Assembly: GCF_009834535.1 (NCBI RefSeq)
Contig: NC_045716.1
Location: forward strand, 22,692,001-22,756,000
Direction of reading: 5' to 3'
Length of the DNA stretch: 64,000 nucleotides
Source of the DNA: Camelus ferus
Lineage: Eukaryota
Shown piece by piece: positions 36,640-49,437 of this stretch. Every line of letters begins with the position of its first letter. The first letter of the stretch is position 1. The translations under genes were made by a program, and so were the position numbers. A model generated the notes under the pieces. That model did no database searches, was not told the DNA's origin, and worked only from the letters and a program-made list of their open reading frames with translations.

Positions 36640-36800
36640 CCTCAGCTGTTCGTAAATTTTTCTTTGCTGGTGATGTCAGTCTATCAAAGTGTCTCACCCT
36701 GTGTTCCCCCGAGAGAATAATCATGGGGTGGAGGGAGCTAGAAAGACCATATTAGGCGCGAGAGGTGGAGCCACACGCATAGATAAAGGCTCAGGTCTGG
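36640..36800 (+). promoter_or_regulatory. TPM3: TPM3 muscle (exon 1a) proximal promoter: E-box CAGCTG 36643-36648, CArG CCATATTAGG 36747-36756, TATA-like GATAAA 36782-36787
   Basis: Motifs read directly, 110-250 nt upstream of the exon 1a ATG. Confidence 0.75.
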
Positions 36801-36895
36801 GGAATTAGTCACTCAGCTAGCAGCTCCTCCTTTCTTGCCTTAGTCTCCAGTCCTCCAGTGTTCACAGGTGAGCTCACCAACGGCCACTGCTCACA

Positions 36896-37009
36896 ATGGA
36901 GGCCATCAAGAAAAAGATGCAGATGCTGAAGTTGGACAAGGAGAATGCTCTGGATCGGGCAGAGCAAGCTGAAGCTGAGCAGAAACAGGCAGAAGAACGA
37001 AGTAAACAG
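36896..37009 (+). CDS. TPM3: TPM3 exon 1a: [38 protein letters not shown]
   Basis: ORF track 36896..37099; gtaggc donor. Confidence 0.98.
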
Positions 37010-37595
37010 GTAGGCGTTAGCCTTGGTCTCTCTCACCTGCTGGTGAACAAGACTGAGATGGAAGAAAGTTTTCATGAGAAACGCAGTGACCACTGGTAAC
37101 AGTTCATCCTTTGGGTGAGAGGGACTCCTCTTCTTCCCCAGTCTCACTGGATAGGCAGAGGTCATCTAGGGTATGTGCCTTAGACTGCCTGTGTAACCTT
37201 GGGGAAGTCAGTGGCCCCTTCTGAGCCACCATATGTCTGCTGGATTTAAGTGGGAGTGGATCATGTTTTGGGAAGAACCTCTGATTTTGAGAGGAAAAGA
37301 TAGGAGCTTGGCATGTAGCATCTGTTTTCCCTTAAATGGAGTCACAGACATCGACACCCTAAGAAACTTACCATCCCAGTATCTAAATGAAAAGCATGGC
37401 TTGGTCATCTTAGGGTCAAGGTTCACAGAGTCACAGGCCAAGCCCACAGCATAACTCCTGGGGCGGTTGGCTGAAACTGACTAGGGAGAACTCATGTTTC
37501 TCTGAGGATGGGCCCAGGGGTCTGTCAGGGCTCAAGACCCCAGGGTCTGAGTCTGCACTGTTGTGTATGTATGTCTTGTGTGTGACTCTTGGGGC

Positions 37596-37730
37596 NNNNN
37601 NNNNNNNNNNNNNNNNNNNNNNNNNNNNNNNNNNNNNNNNNNNNNNNNNNNNNNNNNNNNNNNNNNNNNNNNNNNNNNNNNNNNNNNNNNNNNNNNNNNN
37701 NNNNNNNNNNNNNNNNNNNNNNNNNNNNNN
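37596..37730 (+). other. TPM3: N-run inferred to hide TPM3 exon 2 (2b, 126 nt)
   Basis: 135-nt gap is followed by tgagt (end of a gtgagt donor); 8+126+1 fits; exon is absent elsewhere. Confidence 0.85.
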
Positions 37731-38612
37731 TGAGTATTAGAGAGATGGAGGAGGGGTGTTGAATCCACACACGTAGATCTTCACATTAAAATGACTAAAT
37801 TCTAAGCACACTTGGACACATAAATACTTGTGGATTCACAGAACACAGACATAGACACCCACATGCATTTTTTCATATAATCACATGCTGGCATACCCTT
37901 GTCATGGCATAGACTTTCTTTCTTAAAGACATGTAGAATTCTTATGTTTCTCACGCCCAACCCAGGAATTTAATTATCTTTCCCTGGACTTGGACAGAGG
38001 GAAGGGACTCTAAGTCCAGACTGCTATCACTTATCCCACCTCCTCCCCCATGCCACATTCTTAGCTTTTGTATCCAAGGATTGGCACGTAGATATGTGTA
38101 TTAATAGGGAAACTCTCATCTCTCAACTGCCCAGCAAAGCCAGCTCAGATTTCACAATGGTACAAAGGAGGTCACACTGACCCTGGCCCTATATGGGTTT
38201 ATTTACCTTGGCTAGTGTGGGTATCTGTCCTTATGCCACAGAGATGTCATAGGGAGCATTGTTTATAGGGCAGCAGAGAGGATCTTAGGATGACTATAAT
38301 AGAAATAAGGACTCTCAGAGGGTAAAATTATCACCACCATAACTTACACTGTGACCTTGACTAAACCACTCAGCTTCTCTAGGGCTGAATTTTCCCATTT
38401 GAAAACGAAAGAAATTCTCTTATCCACTTCACCTTATCTCATAATCACCTACTTTCCTTCATCTTCAACCTTGAAGTTTACCACAGAGATAAATGAGAGA
38501 CTACACAGAAAAGATTTTTGGAAAAGTAACACAGGAATCTTAACAGCAGCAAAAGGATGTCCCAATATTGATGGAAACATTTGCTATCTAGCCCTTTACA
38601 GAAGAAGTTTCT

Positions 38613-38739
38613 GGGGGGAGGTTATAGCTCAAGTGGTAGAGTACATGCTTAGCATGCAGGAGGTCCTGGGTTCAATCCCCAGTACCTCCTCTAAAAAAAA
38701 AATAAGTAAATAAACCTAATTACCTGCTCCCTGCAAAAA
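38613..38739 (+). mobile_element. Vic-1-type SINE
   Basis: ggggggaggttatagctcaagtggtagagtacatgcttagcatgcaggaggtcctgggttcaatccccagtacctcc plus tail. Confidence 0.88.
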
Positions 38740-40779
38740 TGTCTGCATCTTTGAGGGGAGGGTGCTCTGTTGAATACAAAGGAAGTTCACAGCTCAGTTT
38801 CTACCCTTGAGGTTAATAAACAAGCAAACAGCATATTACTCTGATGTGGATATAAGGGAAAGGGAGGGAGGAAGGAGTCAATAACTGCATGTTTACCCAG
38901 GGAGTTCTGGGGATCTGAGAAGCCTTTTTGGAAAGCATAGGGTTTGCTAGGACTCTTTGAATCAAGAAAAGGGCAATGGTGTGGCAAGATCAGTCAAAAC
39001 TCATCTGTTTCCTCCCCAGTTCATCTAAGGTCCTTTTTGTTTGTTTCTTAATTATGGAAAAGTATACATAAAGATTGCCATTTTCACCATTTTTCAGAGT
39101 AGAGTTCAGTGGCAGTAAGAACATTCATGTTGTGCAACCATGTCTGAAGTTCTTTTAACCTGAGATGAAATTAGAATCTGTTTAGGGTGAAACAAAGGGA
39201 AAGAGGAGTGCAATGGTTAGGACATTGAGTCATAACACCCCTTTTTAAGGACAGGAGGTAGGGCGCAATGGGGAAAAGAGGGGCAGGATGGACATATACA
39301 CCCGTTGATTTACTGTTGTATTGTTGGTCACCAGGAAAACAATAGCACTGGGCCCCTTGCTGCCCATCCATCACACTTTTAAAGGCCATTAGGAGTCAAT
39401 CCACCTGTTTTCCTGAATCAAGAGAAGATTATCTGTTCAAATCTACCAGCCCCAGGAATGCAGTGGTGCTCTCAAAGCTCCTTTGGGTTGTCCAAGATGA
39501 AGTCTTCTGCTTCTTCACTAGGGCAAAGGAGGGGTGCAATAGTGCCCTCTGCTGATCAGCACCCAGATGACAAAGTCTCATTTTTGTTTCCATAGTCCCT
39601 CTCATCAGATTTCTCCAAAGAGTTGGAAAAGTTCTTAGGCCATCAGGGTAGAGTTTACTGAGGCTGGTTTTTCTTTCCAATTCCTGGGTAGGGGGTATCA
39701 AAGGGTACTGGTTACTCTATCAAGCAAATTATTTATTTGTTTCTGTTTCCTCTGAATAGTCTCAACGCTCAGTATTTCTAAATGGAGATAGGAAGGCAGA
39801 GCCCCTGGTGGCAGTGTCCTCAGAACCAGGCATTGAGGGCTGCACCTGTCTTACCTATCAATCCTTTCAGGGGTTAGGATTCTTAATTTTAAATCCTGCT
39901 GTACACCCTAGTTCTCTAGGGGAAAAGAGAGCTGTACCACAGGAGAGATATTACTATTACTTACTGAGAAGGTGGAAGGAATACAAAGAAATCAGAGGGA
40001 AGAAAAACATTCTCAAGTCTCTTTACTACTGTGCTTTTAAAAACTGCATGGAAATGCCTAGAAAATTTAGGCAGTTTCTAACTCATAAATAGCTCCTTAG
40101 GGTACCTGGAAGCAGAAGTGACAGTGAAATTGGTGAAAGCTATAACACAGAATGGAGGCTGAGTTCCACAGTACTGTAGTTTTCCAGGTACTCATACCTT
40201 GCTGTTGCACAAAGGATCTGGTAACAATAGTCCTTAATAGAGGATTCCTTCCTGTTAAAAGGGGGGCATAAGATATCTTCCTCACCTCCAAAAGGAATTG
40301 TAGGAGATGATTAACTATCAAGTCCTGAATCATTCAAGGTTTGGAGAGGCTGGCAGGTTGGTAAATCGCTGGTGCACATTGACTCTCAAAAGTTAACAGA
40401 GGAAAAGACCAACATTCTAAATGGAACACTTATGTTTCCAAGTGATGCCAAATAGAATGAGAACTTTGCCAACCTGCCCATCTCTTCACCCTCCCTTAAT
40501 TCCCTTCGTTGACTTTCAGAAGATGCAGAGAACCTACTTTAGCGGAACTTAAAAGGAGGCTGTAGAGCAGGGCTCTTTTGAAAATGAGGCCCAGAAAGTC
40601 TAGGCTCTTCTCAGCACCTGGTTTTGGAGCCTTTGTGGGGTGGGTGGAAGCAGAGGCTTGTAGGATGTTTATATTGTAGAGAGGATACAGGGTGCCCTGG
40701 CAGGTAGGTGGTGGAGGATCAGCATTGGGGGAGTGAGGGGTCAACTGCGGGTGTGTAACGGCTGCAGAGACCAACCATT

Positions 40780-41960
40780 GTGGGCAGCCTGCCCTGTGGC
40801 TGGAGAGGCTTAACCGAGACGCGCCTTCCGGTTACCATGGTACCCTTCCCTCTTCCCAGCCCCGCCCCCCTTTACTGGCCCGAGGGAGAGGCTGGGAGCG
40901 GTCGTCCAGGGCGACTGAGAGATCCCGCCCCTCGGGCTTCCCTCCAGTGGACGGCCTTCCCGCCTGCCTGGCGGTGGGAGGGTGCGGTGGTGGTGACCTC
41001 ACATCCGGGCGGGTGGGTGAGTTCCGGTATTTCAGGGCGGAGCAGGCGGAAGTAGGGGTGAGAAGCGGCTGCAGCGCCGAGCGGAGGAGGCCGGAGCCCG
41101 AGCGGAGGAGGCAGGAGCCCGAGAGCTAGCAAGAGCTGGGTGGGCACCATGGCTGGTATCACCACCATCGAGGCAGTGAAGCGCAAGATCCAGGTTCTGC
41201 AGCAGCAGGCCGATGATGCAGAGGAGAGGGCCGAGCGCCTCCAGCGGGAAGTGGAGGGAGAAAGGCGGGCCCGGGAACAGGTACGGAGAGGACGAGGTGC
41301 ATGAGGGAGGGGCAGGCGCTGGAGCAGATGGGACCCCGAACTGGGTCCTGTTTTTTGCGGTGAAGCATGGTCCTTATGGGCGCAGCATACTCGCAGATGA
41401 AGTTGAAGCCCGGAGGCTGGGTGGAGCTTAGCTTCAGTTGGACATCGAGCAGGAGAGGGGGGAACTGGGTGCTTCAGCGAGCAGGCTTGACCTTTGAAGG
41501 AATTGAGCCTCATGGGGCCTGGAGAGTGGTTTTCCTTCTCTTTTCTCCCAGCTCATTCATTCAGCCCTTCGGAGCCGGGCGCGGCCGGGGGAGGGGCTCA
41601 GGGGCCTCTCCCTCCCCCACTTCCCCGTAGAAAGGAGGGGGGACTTTGCTCTCGTTTGAGGTTTCCGGCCCAAGGGGTGAGAGTAGGTGGATGCCTCTCT
41701 GGTCTAGGAGGGGCAGAGCCGAACTTACTGTGAAAGGGTGGGGGTTGGGGGGGTGGTAGCCGCCGGAAAGCCCCCGGCCTGGCCTGCTGGCAGCTTTTCC
41801 GCTCCCTCCTCCTGCTCAGGAAATGAGGCAGCAGTCGCCTGAGAGGAAGCGCGGTGCCCTCCCTGGAGGAGGTTGAGGCCACACCACCGCCTCCTATCCT
41901 CCGGCTTGGGGCCCTTTCCTCTTAAGGAGAGACCTTGCAACTGCTAAACCCACTCCTTCT
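40780..41960 (+). promoter_or_regulatory. TPM3: CpG island, TPM3 internal (exon 1b) promoter with ETS-like CGGAAG/TTCCGG and GC boxes
   Basis: GC/CpG-rich stretch around exon 1b. Confidence 0.85.
41149..41280 (+). CDS. TPM3: TPM3 exon 1b: [44 protein letters not shown]
   Basis: Kozak accATGG, translation match, gtacgg donor. Confidence 0.98.
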
Positions 41961-44900
41961 GTTGACGTGAAGCGGGAGGGGAGGAGATGGCACTTTATTC
42001 CCTATATTAGTACAAATATAGGAGCCAGCCAAACTTGCCCAGCTTCCATGATGACCGGGAAGGCAGAAACTTCTGCCAGATTCAGGCCTTTGTTGCTGAA
42101 GTGTGAAGAGTGCAAGCTGAACCGGTTAAAAACACTTCTTCCAAGCAGAGCTGATAAGTGGGTGTATATGGCAGAGAATCTGATGGAGTGCCAATTTCTG
42201 CCAAGGTTTCTGGTTGATGGAGACAAAATGATGAGTTCCGAGGGGTCTCTAGTGATGTTACTCTGATACTTTCCCTATTGTCCACTACAGCCTTTTTTTT
42301 CCCCCCAGTTCAATAAGTATTTGTTCAACTGAAAGTTGAAACATGAAACATTAATGGAATGAGTGGTGATTCTTGAAACCACTTTCATTTTAGAAGTGGT
42401 CGACTAGTTTTAGTAAGCCTTATATAAGATTTTCCAAGGTCTAGGGTGCATTCTATTGGGTAGAGCTGATTTGAGTTGAGGCTTTGGTTTTGGAGGATCT
42501 TGAGGCTGGAGAGGAAAGTAATTTGCTAAAATTTGAAGACCTGATGAAAGAACTCTTGTGGTTTATTGGTATTCCTTGTTCTTTCCCTTGGTAAGTTGGT
42601 TTTGTTTGTTTGTTTTCCTTTTTGGCCTCTCCTGTGGGGAGTGGCTGAGAATGTGCTTTGGGAGGGGAAGGGGAGACAGCTGCCCTCCAGGTAAAGATTA
42701 TTAGAATACTCTTTTTTTTTTTAAACGGCATAGAAATGCTTGGCACTTGTCTTCCTCAGTCACCCACTTCTCAGTGGATTTTTCCTCTGTTCATTATGCC
42801 ACTAACTTCTAATTATCAATTCAAGTGAGATGGACTGGCTGGGTGACTCTTTATGACTAGTGACACTTTCTCATCTCCCTTGTTCTGGAGACCAGGTTCC
42901 CTTAAAGGGCAAGACAAGATGGCTTGAAGGAACTAGCCATGTGTTGAGCTCCAGAGTCTTAGGCTTAACATTTGAGTATGGACATCCTGGGGATAGTTCT
43001 AGGGTAGATGATGTCCCCCCTCCATGCCCAGGATTTGGTTTCCCCCCTAACATGTGCTCCCCCACTCACCCCAAGATTTGGTAGTTTCCTTGCAAGAAAA
43101 TTTATGTCCTTTTACCCCACCCTTGGTGACTCTGGGGTGATAGGCAGCAGAGGGAGCAGCTTTAGATGTTTCCCTCACTCAGAGCCTGCCAAATTTGCTT
43201 ATTGGGCTCAGTGAGGTCTAGTGAGGAAGTCCTCAAATGGGGAAGTAGGGTGATAGTTAAATATTTATGAAACAAGTGTCTTCTCTTCAGCTTGAGAGGG
43301 CCTAATCTTTTGACTTTCTGCTCTAGTGAACTTTGAATTGCTCCTGAAGACACCTGTGGGAAGGGAGGGGGGTGCTTGAACTACCTGTTATCCTCTTAGG
43401 GCATTCTGGAATGTCGGTTTTGCAGGCTCCTCCCTCCTAGAGCTGGAAGCTCAGCACTCCCTGATGGTATCGCATGCTGTTAGTGGGACTGTCACTTAAT
43501 TACTTTTCTGGTTCCTTTGTGTGAACGTCCAGCCCTTGTTAGGAAGCTGAAAGAGTCCAGAGCTGAGACTGAGTTGTTGTGGAATCATCTGTGTTTTCTG
43601 CCCTTGGCCTGGAGACTGACCTTTTATAATTTAGTACCTTGTCAAATCCACTTTCGATTTTGAATCTTCTTTGCACATTTTTGCGAAACTGAAACAGACT
43701 GCAACATAATATTTAAAAGTAGTGTTTTTTCCTTATCTGGTTTGTGCGTGTATGGTGGTGGTGGTGGTAAAAATACACATGATGTAAAATTTACCATTTT
43801 AACCATTTTTAAGTGTACAGTCCACCTTAGCTTTTCCATACTTGTAACTCTCCCTGGTATTCCCCACCCCCTGCCTTTTTTTCTGGTCCAAAATTTAGGA
43901 ATACTATTGGAGGGAGTGAGTAGGCTTTCAACAGCAGTTTCGATTCTGGCCTTATTGCCAAATTCCTAGTGTGCAAGGGGTGGGTGGTGGTGGTGGTTAG
44001 AATGTCTGACTATTGTGTGGCTTGCCTATTTGTGAGGTCTGGTGGGCTAAACAACAGGCTTTATCACCTTACTTTGGTTTAGATTTGCTTTCCTGCTGAT
44101 TACCTTTCTCTTGCCTTCATACTAGAGCACATACTCATAGGGGAGAGGCAAACAGCCCTTTGCTCTGAGTGCCTCCACTTAGACTCCACCTTTGTTTACT
44201 TGCGGACAGATAGCTCTACTCCCTCCCTTCTAACTTCCATCCCCCTTGATGAAATTTAAAGTCCCCAAGGACACAGTATCTCCCTGGGTAGATAAATTTG
44301 TGAACACGGTGAACTGGAGCAGTCCTTTACTCACAGGGCTCAAGCCTTAACTTTGCCTTTACTCTTTTCCTTTGAATTTCATCTGTGGCTTTTGTCTAAA
44401 AAGAGAAACCTTAGAGTGGCAGAATGCCGGATTTAGGCTAATCCCCTGCTGTCCTTGGCCCTCATCTGCCTCCTAGCACCAGTGAGTGCCCTGTCAGTTT
44501 CTTGCCTTGATGGCTGTGACGTGCTTTGGGAATCTCTTCAGTGTGGAGGATGGTACCATTTAAACCAAACTCATTTCACTACTGAAGCTGTTGTCAGCCA
44601 TCTTCTGATGTGACCGAGAGGCTGCTGTGTCCACCCCCTCCCTTGGGATCTTTGCTTCCTCGGCAGTGGAGAACCCTGTTATTACCTGAAGGAAGGACCT
44701 CAGAGTGTACCTCCAAGTTGGGCAGAGGTGGGCGGGCTGAAAGATCAAAACAACATCTAGGCAAGCTAAACCTAGAATGATATAATAGTGTAAAGTTAAT
44801 GTTTCCCAGGGCCATGTTTCCCATTCTGATTTGCAGAAGTTAGTCCCACTCAATCTCTTGGTAGGACTTGACTGACCTGAAAGGGATAAGCATTGTGCAT

Positions 44901-46981
44901 AGGTTCTGGCTTGAAGGAAAAGTCAGGTGGGTGTCTTCCCTTATTCCTTCAAACGTTTAACAGATCTTGATTCTGTAAGGTCTTTCGTTTCATTGTAAAG
45001 AGAACTGATACTGATCCTTTGTGGGAGTAGAAAAAAGAGAACAGTAACAGCCTTCCTCCCTTCCCCACCCTCAACACCACTGGGTCTCTGATGCTTTTGC
45101 TGGGACTCCCTTCCTGGGTTCTGCTTTTGATACAGGCTTGTTCAGTGTGCACATACTCTAGTTAGGGCACAGAGATGTGTTTTCTCCTCCTCCCTTTTCA
45201 GCCTTGTGAAGAATTCTGTTGTATATGCTGATTTGTGGGAGAAGCTGCCCTAGCCAGCTTGTTGTCATGGAAACTGTACACCCCGCCCCCATAGCTTGTC
45301 ATCTTCTGCTTCATTTCGGTAACTACTGGTGAGCTGGGTGGGGACTTGGGTTTCAGAAGCCTCCTTCAAATCTGGGTCCATGCTTCGCTTTTTTAGTTCT
45401 AGGCATCTGAAGAGGCGTGGGGTGGGATAAGTCGCTGTACTGGCAGTGTTTCATAGTCCTTGCCTGATAGCGGGACTCATTCTCCTAATCTTGACCTGTC
45501 CTTGGCCTTTTTGGAGCTTGTAAGGCAAAATGTGTGTTGTCCTAGGGTACACCTGTTTTCCTGAGACAGGACCAGAGAATACTTGTCTTCGTGCCATTTT
45601 GAATAGAGACACAAACGATTTCGTGGTACTCTCAGCTTATGGAGGTGTCTTGGTTTTCTTTTCCTGTGGGTCAGTGGTTGTATAGCCCTGGCCCCGCAGT
45701 CCCTTGAATCTTCCATGTTTGTATTTGGAAAGTTGGTGCCAAATAACCTGATTCTTAACAGGAGTCTTTTGGGCTATATCCCTTCCCATAGGGGCTGGTG
45801 GCCCAGATTACTTCTATAGCGACCCCCACCCCTGACTGCCAGGAGGAAATCAGGGTAATAGAATTCAGGCACAATCTGGGCTGTAGAAGAGAGATCGGGT
45901 TAACCAAGCACTTGGATAAGCATCTGAACTGGATAGCATGCAGGGCAGATTAAATTCTTGTACAGTTGCGGCAGTCACTGTACTTGCCACCACTGAAGGT
46001 GTAGGGAGGGGAAAGGCAGTCATCTGAGGGAGGCTACTCCACCAGTAGAATTCACGCACGTGCAGCTGTCTCCTTTCCTTGTTTCTTATTCTATGGCCAA
46101 GGAGGAGGCATGGGATTACTTGGACTCTAGCCTGTGCTTTATTGTGGGGTGGAGGCCAGGGAGAGCATTGTCAAGCAGTACCAGAGGATGAGGGTAAGGG
46201 ATCACTAGAGGAGTGGAAAGGAGTCAAGTTACAATTCAGAAATTTGGAGGGGTGGTGGTTGGCGTGGAGGAAACATTCTCTGTGGCCCCTACTTTTTTTT
46301 GGTAATGTCATTATAGCTGGTAATTTTAGCCTGAAAAAGCTCCTTTTTGTCAAGTTTTAAAAGGTGGGAGGTGGGAAGGCAAGTTGAAAGGATGTGGGTT
46401 AGGCATCCCAGAGTTCCATCGTTTTGCTTTCTGGTCTGGAAGGTTATTCTGGAAAACATTATTCTCTTAGCTAGTCATCCTCCTGGTTTGTTAGGGTAAG
46501 GTGATCAGAGGGTTAACAGCTTGAGTTAAGGAGCAAATTAATAGCTAATCCAAGATTCCCTCTTTAAGAAAAGCTTGCTTTTTAATTTTTCCACCTTATG
46601 AGACACAAGAAAGCTGCTGCAGAGTGAGATACACCTCTAAGCCAGAGCTCAGAAGGACCTCTTCACTGGCTACCTTTCCTGACACTAGTGTGTTCAGGAA
46701 TTTGAACTGAGTCCAGAAAGGGAGTGGTACTAACACTGGATGGGGCAAGGAACTAAGTTTCAAAACACTCTTCCTGTGGAACATATGGGAATTCATTGAT
46801 GGGAAAGGGAGGAAAATACATCTAATAATAGAGAATACGTAATCATGTCTGCTAGATCTTGACTGCATCTCAGCTAAGACAGTTTTCACCCTGCGAGACT
46901 CTGGCTTCCTCCAGGGGTGGTCAACTCTGCTCTTAGTGTCATAGTTAGTTCAGTGTCTCTTCACTGTGCCCCTGCTTTCTT

Positions 46982-47147
46982 NNNNNNNNNNNNNNNNNNN
47001 NNNNNNNNNNNNNNNNNNNNNNNNNNNNNNNNNNNNNNNNNNNNNNNNNNNNNNNNNNNNNNNNNNNNNNNNNNNNNNNNNNNNNNNNNNNNNNNNNNNN
47101 NNNNNNNNNNNNNNNNNNNNNNNNNNNNNNNNNNNNNNNNNNNNNNN
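46982..47147 (+). other. TPM3: N-run inferred to hide TPM3 exon 3 (134 nt, AEAEVASLNRR...)
   Basis: Preceded by a pyrimidine tract; this constitutive exon is not found elsewhere; exon 4 begins in the matching phase. Confidence 0.85.
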
Positions 47148-47404
47148 TGATGAAGTGTGGATTTCAAAAGATGTCATAATGGATGGCTCTGATCAAGATT
47201 TCCTTATAAACCTGTTTTTTAAAACAGTAACCTGTCTCTATAGGATCTTTTCTTCTGTTCTACATGTTCTCTCCATATGAAGACAGAGTAGGGGTTACCT
47301 GGACTCGTGACCCTTTTGTAATTTGTGTTTCTCTATAAATTGACCTAATGATCCTTAAATGGGGTCACCAGGACAGCCTTCACTGAGTGAATTGTAAGCC
47401 TCCG

Positions 47405-47732
47405 AAAGTAGTGGTTCTTCAGGTAAGGTCCCAGACCAGGAGCACCTGGAAACTTGGTAGAAATTCAAATCCTCAGCAGCTTCTATGCCTGATCTATGAA
47501 TCAGAGACCCTGGAAGTGGAGCCCAGCAATCAGTGGTTTAATAAGCTCTCTCACCTCTGGCAGCATGGTGAGAATCACGGGAGTGAACGATGGGGATCGT
47601 TGGGGAGTCTAAAAAAATATATCAGAATGTCTAGATCCCACCCCAGATCCATTGTGAAAGGGGCCTGGGCATTGGTGTCTTTAAAGCTTCTCCAATAATT
47701 TTAATGTGTGCCTAAGGTTGAGAACCACAGTC
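47405..47732. mobile_element. MER5-family DNA transposon fragments
   Basis: gtagtggttcttc...gaatcagagaccctgg...ggagcccagcaatc...tttaataagctc and ctaaggttgagaaccac terminal motifs. Confidence 0.65.
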
Positions 47733-48310
47733 CTCGGACCAACACATCTTTGTTGAAAATAGCCAATTGGCTGGCTCCTTGCCACCTGTGAGTTAAAGGA
47801 GAATACAGGTGTGGAATGACTTGCATAGGATCAAGCTAAGGCTTTTCAGAATTAGAAATTCCCTATTGGGAGTGCATTAATGCAGTGCATCTGTGAAAAT
47901 GAGTAAGACAGCTATGTGTGTACTATTACAGAATAGTATCCAAATTATAGAAAGTGAGGAAAACAAGTTGCAGAGCAGTGTAGTATGATTCCTTGGGGGT
48001 GTGGGGAAGTGAAGATGCGATTTTTGGCATTTTATCTGTATAAAACATTTCTGGAAGGATTATGATGTAAGAGATTACCTCTGATGAGCAGGACTAGAAT
48101 TGGGGAGACTTACTTTTGCTTTATGCCCTTAGACTATACACTTAAATAGTTCATTTCTTAATAAGCGTGTGTTTCTTTTATAAGAAAAAACTTTAAATAA
48201 AATAATTAAACTAAGGTGGGGGGTGCTGTGGGAATTCTTTTTGAGTGGCAAGCAGAGAGGAATGGGCTTTAAAAGGTGCAATTCCGGGTCCCTTGGAGCT
48301 GAGCTGATGA

Positions 48311-48490
<180 letters not shown>

Positions 48491-48603
48491 TAGTTTGTCT
48501 GTCTCTCTCTCTCTCCAGTGGCGTGGGGCTTCTGAAAAGAATCATGAGAGGGAGAGGGCTCTTTCTCAGCCTCTCTGAGCTGTACCTGGGTCTTCTCCCA
48601 TAG

Positions 48604-48674
48604 GTGGCTCGTAAGCTGGTGATTATTGAGGGAGACTTGGAACGCACAGAGGAACGAGCTGAACTGGCAGAGTC
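48604..48674 (+). CDS. TPM3: TPM3 exon 5 (71 nt): VARKLVIIEGDLERTEERAELAES
   Basis: Translation match; catag acceptor and gtgagt donor. Confidence 0.98.
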
Positions 48675-49249
48675 GTGAGTATCTTGCTCCCCAAATCTTG
48701 CTGTACCATTCTGTTCCTTCCCCTTTGGCTTGGGCACTAATGTGAATAAACTAGCATTCCTTCAACCTTGTTAAACAGGGCCTAGAGAGTGGAAGGCATC
48801 CAGAATGCTTTTGTTTAGTCCCTAAGAATGGCTTTGGGTTTTACTCTCTTGACCAGTGACAGGTGACAAATTGGAGCTCCCTGACTTCTTGTAGGGAGGG
48901 TTTACAAACTAAGGGGAAAAAGGAAGCCTAAAAGTGGTGAGCTGTTAATTGGCAGACCCTTCTGGGTCCTTCCATCTGAAGGTTCTGCTTCTCCTGGAGG
49001 CATTGAAATGGCTGTCCTGACTTGAGCTCTGCCTCTGTTTTTACCACTTTGCCAATCTGCTGGGGAACTTCAGGGCAAAGGCAGACGTGATGCCCTCCCC
49101 TGCTGGCACCTTCTGGGCCTTGTGTAACAGTCAGTGCTGACGCATATTTATTTGTGCTTCCCTTGCATTCCCCTCTCCTAGACATGACATATCATGGCCA
49201 TGGTGATGTTTTCTTCCCATTGTTTGATTTTTTTTTTTCCCGTTTTGCT

Positions 49250-49437
49250 NNNNNNNNNNNNNNNNNNNNNNNNNNNNNNNNNNNNNNNNNNNNNNNNNNN
49301 NNNNNNNNNNNNNNNNNNNNNNNNNNNNNNNNNNNNNNNNNNNNNNNNNNNNNNNNNNNNNNNNNNNNNNNNNNNNNNNNNNNNNNNNNNNNNNNNNNNN
49401 NNNNNNNNNNNNNNNNNNNNNNNNNNNNNNNNNNNNN
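49250..49437 (+). other. TPM3: N-run inferred to hide TPM3 mutually exclusive exon 6a (76 nt)
   Basis: Pyrimidine tract abuts the gap; neither exon 6 variant is visible between exons 5 and 7. Confidence 0.78.

Noticed and set aside
31400-36700. Talin pseudo-exons or another hidden coding gene around miR-190b
   Set aside because: ORFs at 33.9-35.3 kb show no recognisable talin or other family similarity by eye; a sensitive search is still needed
36890-36900. Single Met start of TPM3 exon 1a versus human MM
   Set aside because: I recall the same 284-aa form in cattle; an ordinary lineage difference
40872-41513. 213-aa minus-strand ORF (also 19562..20038 and the 18.7-19.2 kb ORFs)
   Set aside because: Antisense to exon 1b or within CpG islands, where stop codons are depleted; low-complexity P/A/R/G composition and no recognisable domain
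41736-41756. G-rich run GGGTGGGGGTTGGGGGGGTGG as a functional G-quadruplex
   Set aside because: It could fold, but such runs are commonplace at CpG-island edges and nothing singles this one out
47353-47362. Intronic perfect CArG CCTTAAATGG
   Set aside because: Several CC(A/T)6GG matches are expected by chance in 64 kb, and there is no supporting context
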